Below the pieces are notes generated by a model that was not told where the DNA came from, searched no databases, and saw only the letters and a program-made list of their open reading frames with translations. A stretch of DNA of 64,000 nt from an uncultured Bacteroidales bacterium (GTDB lineage Bacteria > Bacteroidota > Bacteroidia > Bacteroidales > UBA10428), in contig CAZFQS010000004.1 of NCBI GenBank assembly GCA_964521285.1, positions 8,115-72,114 of the forward strand, in the 5' to 3' direction. The translations under genes were made by a program, and so were the position numbers. Positions 9,471 to 16,877 of the stretch are shown here, one piece after another; the first letter of the stretch is position 1, and every line of letters starts with the position of its first letter.

Positions 9471-11018
9471 ATGGCACAGGACTATGGTATTCATGAAGCA
9501 TTAAAAAAGCTTGGAATAAAAGATGTTAATAATGGATTGTGTACCGGTACAGTCTGGGAAGAGACATCAGGTGATTTAATAGAGTCTTATTCTCCTGTCG
9601 ACGGTGAAAAAATAGCCAATATTAAACAGGCTACTAAAAAAGACTATCATAAGGTTATAACCACGGCCAGAGATACTTTTAAAAAATGGAGGAAGATTTC
9701 CGCACCTGCTCGCGGAGAAGTGGTACGCCAGATTGGAAACGAATTAAGGGAATATAAAGAGCCACTTGGCAGGCTGGTATCATATGAAATGGGGAAAATC
9801 TTACAGGAAGGATTAGGTGAGGTTCAGGAAATGATTGATATCTGTGATTTCGCAGTTGGTCAATCCCGGCAGCTTTATGGTTTTACTATGCATTCAGAGA
9901 GGCCGAAGCACAGAATGTATGATCAGTATCACCCGCTGGGAATCGTTGGTGTAGTTACAGCATTTAATTTCCCTGTTGCTGTATGGGCATGGAACGCCAT
10001 GATTGCTATGGTGTGCGGAGATGTTGTTGTGTGGAAACCTTCTTCAAAGGTACTTCTGTGTGGAATAGCCGTACATAATATTGTAGCTAATGTTCTTAAG
10101 AAAAACAATGTTCCTGAAGGAGTACTCAATCTTGTAGCCACAAGTTCCAAATATCTTGGTAATGATATGTTTGCAGATAAAAATATTTCTCTTATCTCAT
10201 TTACCGGCTCAACACGTATAGGTAAAAAAGTCGGAGAGCTTGTCGGATCCAGATTGGGCAGGTCTATTCTGGAGCTGGGTGGTAATAACGCAATAATTGT
10301 CACGCCTGATGCTGACCTTGAAATGGCATTACGTGCAATAGTGTTTGGAGCTGTTGGCACCTGCGGACAAAGATGTACATCAACAAGAAGAATTATTATC
10401 CATGAGTCCGTTTATGAAACATTAAAAGAAAAACTGGTTAACAGTTATAAAAAAATAAAGATTGGAAATTCATTGGATCCTGACACCTTAGTAGGACCCC
10501 TTATTGATAAAGGTGCATCTGACATATTTATGGAAGCCATTCAGAAAGTCAAAAATGAAGGAGGTAAAATTTTATATGGGGGGTCAGTACTTGAAGGAGA
10601 TGAATATTCATCAGGATGTTATGTTACACCTTGTATAGCTGAAGTTAAAAATCACTATGAGATAGTCCGGGAAGAGACTTTTGCACCGCTTCTTTATCTT
10701 ATAAAATATAAGACTCTTGATGAAGCTATTGAAATACATAATGATGTGCCCCAGGGATTGTCTTCCGCAATGTTCACAACAAATATTCTGGAAGCTGAAA
10801 GGTTTTTATCCCATGAAGGATCAGATTGCGGTATAGCAAATATCAATATTGGAACTTCAGGAGCAGAGATTGGTGGTGCATTTGGAGGCGAAAAAGATAC
10901 AGGTGGAGGCCGTGAATCAGGATCTGACGCATGGAAAGCATATATGCGCAGACAAACAAATACTATAAACTGGAGTACTGATCTTCCTTTAGCCCAGGGA
11001 ATAGAGTTTAATGTTTAG
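9471..11018 (+). CDS. ALDH7-type alpha-aminoadipic semialdehyde / piperideine-6-carboxylate dehydrogenase
   Basis: Collinear over essentially the full length with human ALDH7A1. Shared segments include 'APARGEVVRQIGNELRE', 'EMGKILQEGLGEVQEMIDICDFAVG', 'VTAFNFPVAVWAWN', 'ELGGNNAII', the catalytic Cys in 'GTCGQRCTSTRR', and the C-terminal 'SGAEIGGAFGGEKDTGGGRESGSDAWKAYMRRQTNTINWS..LPLAQGIEF'. Confidence 0.9.
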   Translation: MAQDYGIHEALKKLGIKDVNNGLCTGTVWEETSGDLIESYSPVDGEKIANIKQATKKDYHKVITTARDTFKKWRKISAPARGEVVRQIGNELREYKEPLGRLVSYEMGKILQEGLGEVQEMIDICDFAVGQSRQLYGFTMHSERPKHRMYDQYHPLGIVGVVTAFNFPVAVWAWNAMIAMVCGDVVVWKPSSKVLLCGIAVHNIVANVLKKNNVPEGVLNLVATSSKYLGNDMFADKNISLISFTGSTRIGKKVGELVGSRLGRSILELGGNNAIIVTPDADLEMALRAIVFGAVGTCGQRCTSTRRIIIHESVYETLKEKLVNSYKKIKIGNSLDPDTLVGPLIDKGASDIFMEAIQKVKNEGGKILYGGSVLEGDEYSSGCYVTPCIAEVKNHYEIVREETFAPLLYLIKYKTLDEAIEIHNDVPQGLSSAMFTTNILEAERFLSHEGSDCGIANINIGTSGAEIGGAFGGEKDTGGGRESGSDAWKAYMRRQTNTINWSTDLPLAQGIEFNV

Positions 11019-11067
11019 CTTTTTAGCAGAAGTATGAGTCTTTAATCAGAAGAACCAAAACTATAGA

Positions 11068-12273
11068 ATGAAAATTGGTATTTTAAGAGAAAGCAAAAAA
11101 CCACGTGATGAAAGAGCTCCTTTATCACCTGAACAATGTAAGAACCTGGTTAAAAAATACAGTGAACTGAAAATTGTAGTTCAACCCTCTGACATTCGTT
11201 GTTTCAATGATGAAAAATATCTTAATGAAGGAATTTCCGTAAAGGAGGACTTGTCTGATTGTGATGTGCTGATGGGAGTAAAAGAGGTAAACATAGATGA
11301 GCTTATCCCTGATAAGACCTACATATTCTTTTCTCACACAATAAAAAACCAGGAGCACAACAAGAATCTTTTAAAAACAATTCTGAAAAAAAGTATACGG
11401 TTAATTGATTATGAAGTTTTAACTGATGTTAACGGATTGAGGGTTGTCGGATTTGGCCGCTTTGCGGGATTAGTGGGGGCTTACAATGGATTGAGGGCTT
11501 ATGCTTTACGGCTCGGAAGAACCGGGCCGAAACCCGTTTATTTATGCTCGGATTTGTATGAGATGAAGAATGAAATAAGGGACTTTGAAGTTCCAAATAT
11601 TAACATAGCTGTTACAGGTGGAGGCAGGGTAACTCACGGGGCAATGGAATTACTGGATGCCGCAGAAGTAAGGAAAGTATCAGTTGAAGATTTTCTGAAT
11701 AAATCATGTTATAATATTCCTGTCTATGTGCAACTTGAACCTGAGCATTATGTAAAACGAAAAGGTGGATTACCATTTGATCTACAGCATTTTTTTGATA
11801 ATCCGGATCAATATGAAAGTAATCTTGATAGATTTTTTTCTAATACTGACATGCTTATATCTGCCGCTTACTGGGACCCCCGGGCCCCTTTACTTTTTAC
11901 GCTTGAGCAGGTAAAAAACAGGGATTTCTCCATCAGGGTTATTGCTGATATAACTTGTGATATTAATGGTTCAATTCCAACAACCAAAAGGGCATCAAGA
12001 ATTGAAAAACCATTTTATGATTATAACAGGATTACCGGAGAGCTGGTGGAGCCTTTTTCAAATGAAGAAAATATTACTGTCATGGCTGTTGATAACCTGC
12101 CGTGCGAACTGCCAAAGGATGCGTCTGTAGATTTTGGGCAAATGCTCTCCGATAAGGTTATTCCTGCTTTGCTGGGTGATGATCCCGGGGAAATGATTAA
12201 AAAAGCTACTATAACGTCAAACGGAAATCTTACAGAGGACTTTAGATATCTGGAGGACTGGGTAAATGAATAA
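11068..12273 (+). CDS. Lysine-ketoglutarate reductase (saccharopine dehydrogenase, L-lysine-forming), monofunctional
   Basis: Collinear with the N-terminal LKR half of human AASS ('RE..DERAPLSP', 'KIVVQPS', 'TYIFFSHTIKNQEHNKNLL', 'IRLIDYE', 'LRVVGFGRFAGLVG', 'DITCDINGSI', 'MAVDNLPCELP', 'ITSNGNLT'). Confidence 0.85.
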   Translation: MKIGILRESKKPRDERAPLSPEQCKNLVKKYSELKIVVQPSDIRCFNDEKYLNEGISVKEDLSDCDVLMGVKEVNIDELIPDKTYIFFSHTIKNQEHNKNLLKTILKKSIRLIDYEVLTDVNGLRVVGFGRFAGLVGAYNGLRAYALRLGRTGPKPVYLCSDLYEMKNEIRDFEVPNINIAVTGGGRVTHGAMELLDAAEVRKVSVEDFLNKSCYNIPVYVQLEPEHYVKRKGGLPFDLQHFFDNPDQYESNLDRFFSNTDMLISAAYWDPRAPLLFTLEQVKNRDFSIRVIADITCDINGSIPTTKRASRIEKPFYDYNRITGELVEPFSNEENITVMAVDNLPCELPKDASVDFGQMLSDKVIPALLGDDPGEMIKKATITSNGNLTEDFRYLEDWVNE

Positions 12274-12310
12274 AGTAAAATTTATGGTCTAACTAATCAG
12301 ATCAAACCAC

Positions 12311-13642
12311 GTGAAAAGAATATTAGTAATTGGTGCGGGTATGTCAAGTATATACCTTATTAAGTACCTTGAAGAGCAATCTCAAATATACGGGTGGAAA
12401 TTAACTGTTGCTGATATAGATGTTAATATTGTTAAGGAAAAAACATGCCCGGATACTCTGGTTACAGAACTTAATGTATTAAATGATAGTCAAAGAGACA
12501 GCATAATACAGAAATATGATATTGTTGTCTCAATGTTGCCTGCAAATCTTCATATCCATGTTGCCAAATCATGTTTAAAATACTCAAAATTTTTGCTTAC
12601 TGCTTCTTATGAGTCAGATGAAATTAAGAAAATGAGAAATGAGGTAAAAGCAAATAATTTACTCTTCTTAAATGAAATGGGCCTTGATCCGGGATTGGAT
12701 CATATGTCAGCCATGCAAATACTTGACAGGATAAGAAGTGCAGGACATGAGTTACTCGGATTCGAATCTTTTACCGGGGGTCTTATTGCTCCGGAGTCTG
12801 ACAATAATCCATGGCACTATAAGTTTTCGTGGAATCCCTCGAATGTTGTCAGGGCAGGACAAGAGGGGCCGGCAAAATTCATACAGGAAGGGAAATATAA
12901 GTATATACCTTACAACAGACTATTTCGCCGGACAGAAATCATTGAAATTGATAAATACGGAAAATTCGAAGGTTATGCGAATCGTGATTCATTGGAATAT
13001 ATAGAAAAATATAATCTTCAGGGTGTGCCAACAGTCTACCGCGGGACTTTAAGAAGACCCGGATTTTGCAGGGCATGGGATGTTTTTGTTCAACTTGGTG
13101 CGACAGATGACAGTTATATTATAGAAAATTCAGAGACTCTGACCCATAAGGAGTTTATTAATTCATTTTTGTACTATAGTAAAACCGATTCGGTTGAATT
13201 AAAACTATACCATTATATGCATATCGATCAGGACTCCAGCATTATTGAAAAGCTCCGGTGGCTGGGAATTTTTGATGATACCCCTGTTGGAATAAAAAAT
13301 GCTTCACCGGCAAAAATCCTTGAACATATCCTTAACAAGAAATGGAGGCTGGAACCTGAAGATAAAGATATGATTGTAATGTGGCATAAGATAACCTATA
13401 AGGAAAAAGATAAGACAAGCCCAGCCATTCTCACGTCATCACTTTGCGTTATCGGAGAAAATATGAAGAAAACTGCTATGGCCAAAACTGTTGGCTTACC
13501 ATTGGCTATAGCGACGAAACTTGTTCTTAATGGAGAGATCAATGTTAAGGGTTTATGTATACCTACGATTAAAGAGATTTATGAGCCAGTACTTATTGAA
13601 TTAAAGGGCTACGGAATTGTTTTTATTGAAAAGGAATTATAG
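12311..13642 (+). CDS. Saccharopine dehydrogenase (L-glutamate-forming), monofunctional
   Basis: GTG start. Collinear with the C-terminal SDH half of human AASS ('ILVIGAGMSS', 'EMGLDPGLDHMSAMQ', 'FTGGLIAPESDNNPWHYKFSWNP', 'EGYANRDS', 'YRGTLRRPGF', 'EDKDMIVMWH', 'AMAKTVGLPLAIATKLVLNGEI'). Confidence 0.85.
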   Translation: MKRILVIGAGMSSIYLIKYLEEQSQIYGWKLTVADIDVNIVKEKTCPDTLVTELNVLNDSQRDSIIQKYDIVVSMLPANLHIHVAKSCLKYSKFLLTASYESDEIKKMRNEVKANNLLFLNEMGLDPGLDHMSAMQILDRIRSAGHELLGFESFTGGLIAPESDNNPWHYKFSWNPSNVVRAGQEGPAKFIQEGKYKYIPYNRLFRRTEIIEIDKYGKFEGYANRDSLEYIEKYNLQGVPTVYRGTLRRPGFCRAWDVFVQLGATDDSYIIENSETLTHKEFINSFLYYSKTDSVELKLYHYMHIDQDSSIIEKLRWLGIFDDTPVGIKNASPAKILEHILNKKWRLEPEDKDMIVMWHKITYKEKDKTSPAILTSSLCVIGENMKKTAMAKTVGLPLAIATKLVLNGEINVKGLCIPTIKEIYEPVLIELKGYGIVFIEKEL

Positions 13643-13774
13643 AATTGTTTTTATAATTCATTACAGTTTATTTGATATATAGCATATAAATCCATAACTT
13701 GCCTTAACCTGATATTTTGAATATTAGTTTTATCGCAATCAAATTTAAATTTTAAAATCTAAAACCTCAAAATC

Positions 13775-14329
13775 ATGAAAACAAACCTGGTTTTACTTTT
13801 AGTACTTTCAATTTTGGCAGCTACTGCCTGTCAGAAGCAAATCGATATTGATAAGGAAAAAGAGGCAATAATAGCGGTTGTTAACGCACAATCCGAGGCT
13901 TACATGGCAAGGGATCTTGAAACAGTGTCCTCTTATATGGTCCAGGATTCTTTAAATATCCGGTTATCTGCAAATAAATGGCAATATGAATATGAAGTAG
14001 GATGGGAAAAAGTGTCTGAATTATATGAAAAGGATTTTGCAGATGATGAAGCATGGGCAAAATATGAGAATCTGAGATATGAACGGAAGGATTTTAATAT
14101 TAAAGTATATCCAAAAAGTGCCTGGGCAGTATTTAAAACAGTTTATATGTGGGAAGAAGATACTGTTACAAATAAGTGGAAAAATATTGAAACAAGGATA
14201 CTTGAAAAGGTTGATGGGGAATGGAAAATAGCATATGAATGCAATATAGGAAAATCAAGTTATAAAGAAAAAGAAGAAAAAGAAGCAGCGGAAAGTGCAG
14301 AAACTGAAAAAGAAGAATCTGCTGAGTAA
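13775..14329 (+). CDS. Lipoprotein with a SnoaL/DUF4440-like (NTF2-fold) domain and an acidic E/K-rich tail
   Basis: Signal peptide with lipobox 'LAATAC'. The NTF2-like pattern is present ('EKEAIIAVVNAQSEAYMARDLE', 'WAVFKTVYMWEED', 'LEKVDGEWKIAY'). The C-terminus is 'KEKEEKEAAESAETEKEESAE'. Confidence 0.45.
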   Translation: MKTNLVLLLVLSILAATACQKQIDIDKEKEAIIAVVNAQSEAYMARDLETVSSYMVQDSLNIRLSANKWQYEYEVGWEKVSELYEKDFADDEAWAKYENLRYERKDFNIKVYPKSAWAVFKTVYMWEEDTVTNKWKNIETRILEKVDGEWKIAYECNIGKSSYKEKEEKEAAESAETEKEESAE

Positions 14330-14352
14330 AAAAAGGGGACAGCACCCTGAAA

Positions 14353-14589
14353 TCATAACTCATTAATTATTTTAACGTTCTTATTGAATTGTTCCAGGGT
14401 CGGCCCAACAGGATCAGAGACATTGAACCTGGTCTTTATAAGCGGATTATCAACACCCACTGCATAATCTACATAAACTTCATTAAGAATCAGTCGTGGC
14501 AGCTGGGCAGAAACTGAAAAACTTAAAGCGAGGAAAACAATAATCAGGCTTTTCCTGACCATTTTCATCAAAAGCCTATTGTTTTGCAT
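14353..14589 (-). CDS. Small secreted hypothetical protein
   Basis: Contains a signal-peptide-like 'MVRKSLIIVFLALSFSVSAQ'; the start may be the internal Met at about 14568. It lies downstream of GH51 on the same strand. No recognisable family. Confidence 0.3.
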   Translation of the reverse strand: MQNNRLLMKMVRKSLIIVFLALSFSVSAQLPRLILNEVYVDYAVGVDNPLIKTRFNVSDPVGPTLEQFNKNVKIINEL

Positions 14590-14614
14590 ATTGTGTTAGT
14601 CTAATAAGTACTGT

Positions 14615-16744
14615 TTATTTATCCTGTTTCAGCTCTATTTCGTAAAGGGAAATACTTAATGGAACGACCTGAATTTTTTCCGGAACATTCTTTAGTGAAT
14701 GTTCCTCTGTCTCAATAACAGGTTCCTCTCCGGGTATATTTCTTGTACTTAGTTCCGGTGCAGCAATCCTGTACAATTTTACCTCCTTCCCGAATTTTAC
14801 ACCTTTAAAGTCCATGCTTATCTCCTGAACAGATTCTGTAGGATTGACGATTGCCACGGTAACTTTTTTACGGTCCTCACTAAGTGCTGCCATAACATCC
14901 AGTGGCCAGGTATCACTGCCTGAAGATATGGCGGGTTTGTCAACACCAACAGTACCTTTAACAGGATGTTGCGGGGAATTTCCACTGACTTCCAGCGGGA
15001 TTGTTCCGAAATGGTAGCGGTATAGCTTAAATAAAAGTCCGATTGAACTGTAGCATGCATCATTTGCATCCCATCGCACACAGGACGTTACAGCGGTATA
15101 TCCTCCCATAGTGATAATATCTGAATGGCGGAATATCTCGTGAAGACCTTCAGCAGCACAAAGCGTCCTGAGAAATGCACTTCTCCAGCCGCCACCTGTC
15201 CATTCGTCAAGGGCAAAAGTGATGTTTTTATCTTTCAGCTCAGGAATCCTTTTCAGATATTCATTCCATGATTCGGCAACAGCCTTTACCCTGTTAGGTA
15301 ACCTTCGCACCTGATCAACGAGAGGGTCATCAACAGCAATAAACTTCTGTGAATCAACATTAAATGCCATGCTGGTAACCGGATATAAATGCTCAGCCAG
15401 GTAATCAAAATAGTCCGATGAGTGAGCCAGAAGTTGATATGACCAGTCCTCCCGTGAACCAAATTCGTAAGGCAGTTCAGCAGGGAGAGGAGGCCTGTGG
15501 TGCCTGGATGTGGTACTGGTCTCAAATGGTGTGGCACCTGATGCTATTAGTTTTATTGTTGGATCAACATCCAGCATTGCCCTGGCAAACATCTTATGTT
15601 TTAAGATATAATGTTCTATGGACATATGACCCAGTTGCCACTGTCCGTACATTTCATTGCCTATGCCCCACCACTCAACATTATATGGCTCAGGATGACC
15701 GTTCTGTGCGCGAATTTTGCCCATGGGTGTGCTTTCCGAACCGTTGACATATTCAACCCATTGGGCTGCAGAATAAGCATCACCAAAACCAATATTTACA
15801 CAAATATACGGGTCAATATTTAGCAGGTCACATAGGATCAGGAACTCTTCAGTACCAACATCATTCGATTCAACGGCATTCCAGGCATAGTCATAACGGG
15901 GAGGCCTTTTATCGATGTCTCCTATCCCGTCACGCCAGTCATATCCGGCTAACATATTTCCGCCGGGCCAGCGATAAATTCCTGAATTAAGTTCCCTGAG
16001 GAGGCTTACTAAATCGGCCCTGAATCCCTGTATGTTTTCTGAAGGCATCAATGATAATGCTCCAATATGAAAACTTCCCTGTCCTGTTCCTGTAATTTCC
16101 AGCCACCCATTCTCCGTGTCTTCGCCTACAGTGAAGTTTAAAGTATATTTTAAATAATCAGCGGTAAGGAAATTTATTGGTATGGTTTGCCTGTCATCTG
16201 GGCCAGAACCCCAAACGAGACTTACATTAATTCTAGCTCCGGCATCTCCGGCAAGAATTACACGGCCTGTATAACTTCTACCGGCACGTAAGGTTAAACC
16301 GGACTGCCTAATGCCAAGGACCGTTGATCCGTCCAGCCTGATGAGTGGTGAATGCTCACCGGCGTACGGAAAATAACGGTCCATTATTACAATATCAGCT
16401 CCGCCAACCGGTCTCCACCTGTTTTGAAATCGCCTGGTGTTTATTGGATTCAGCTTTGCAGTAGTATCCACTGGATAGAAAAACTTCCGGTCACTGAGCA
16501 TTTCAGCCCATAGTCCATGTTCAAAAATATTTCCAAGAAGCTCTGTAAACATCCCGTACACATACCTGTGTATGGGGGCTCCGGTTTTGCTAATATCAAT
16601 AGTTGCAACTACCTGTTCCGGAGCTTCCGAAGACTCATCATTGCTGCCGGAAAGTTCCTGAGAAAAAGCAATTTCTGTTCCGGCAAAGTAAAAAGCTGTG
16701 AGAAAAATGAAACCAGCAAGGCTCCATTTTGGCTTAAGTTTCAT
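14615..16744 (-). CDS. GH51 alpha-L-arabinofuranosidase with an N-terminal beta-sandwich (CBM-like) region, secreted
   Basis: Signal peptide present. The GH51 core block 'YRWPGGNMLAGYDWRDGIG..RPPR.D.AW...ESNDVGTEEF' is present, along with the acid/base motif 'WGIGNEMYGQWQLGHM'. Confidence 0.8.
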   Translation of the reverse strand: MKLKPKWSLAGFIFLTAFYFAGTEIAFSQELSGSNDESSEAPEQVVATIDISKTGAPIHRYVYGMFTELLGNIFEHGLWAEMLSDRKFFYPVDTTAKLNPINTRRFQNRWRPVGGADIVIMDRYFPYAGEHSPLIRLDGSTVLGIRQSGLTLRAGRSYTGRVILAGDAGARINVSLVWGSGPDDRQTIPINFLTADYLKYTLNFTVGEDTENGWLEITGTGQGSFHIGALSLMPSENIQGFRADLVSLLRELNSGIYRWPGGNMLAGYDWRDGIGDIDKRPPRYDYAWNAVESNDVGTEEFLILCDLLNIDPYICVNIGFGDAYSAAQWVEYVNGSESTPMGKIRAQNGHPEPYNVEWWGIGNEMYGQWQLGHMSIEHYILKHKMFARAMLDVDPTIKLIASGATPFETSTTSRHHRPPLPAELPYEFGSREDWSYQLLAHSSDYFDYLAEHLYPVTSMAFNVDSQKFIAVDDPLVDQVRRLPNRVKAVAESWNEYLKRIPELKDKNITFALDEWTGGGWRSAFLRTLCAAEGLHEIFRHSDIITMGGYTAVTSCVRWDANDACYSSIGLLFKLYRYHFGTIPLEVSGNSPQHPVKGTVGVDKPAISSGSDTWPLDVMAALSEDRKKVTVAIVNPTESVQEISMDFKGVKFGKEVKLYRIAAPELSTRNIPGEEPVIETEEHSLKNVPEKIQVVPLSISLYEIELKQDK

Positions 16745-16834
16745 TTTTTAAGGATTAAATTTATGCTTATTGTTAAGTTTACAATTCCGGTATATAAACC
16801 TGCCTGTTCAGTTTTAAAATTCAAAACTTCCCCC

Positions 16835-16877
16835 CTTAATCCTTTTATCCTTAATCCTTAATCCCTAATCCTAATTT
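16835..16877. repeat. Pyrimidine-rich 7-8 bp tandem repeat (cttaatcc ttttatcc ttaatcc ttaatccc taatcc taattt)
   Basis: Read directly from the sequence. It lies between the stop of the MscK-like gene (16876) and the start of GH51 (16744). Confidence 0.7.

Noticed and set aside
9929-10360. Antisense or nested ORFs of 60-158 aa listed in the track inside strongly supported genes (for example 249..623, 3679..4053, 4182..4625, 9929..10360, 17261..17737, 18113..18544, 50465..50896, 62717..63160).
   Set aside because: Each lies entirely within, and antisense or out of frame to, a CDS with clear family-level similarity. Their translations are low-complexity (S/L/P/I-rich), with no motifs and no independent start context. 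I treat them as shadow ORFs.
11019-11067. A lysine riboswitch (L-box) or other leader upstream of the LKR/SDH genes, and a cobalamin riboswitch near the B12-rSAM gene.
   Set aside because: Intergenic spaces inside the lysine cluster are 49 nt or less, too short for an L-box. The 178-bp region upstream of 47012 is AT-rich, and I could not recognise the conserved B12-box or other GC-rich riboswitch cores.
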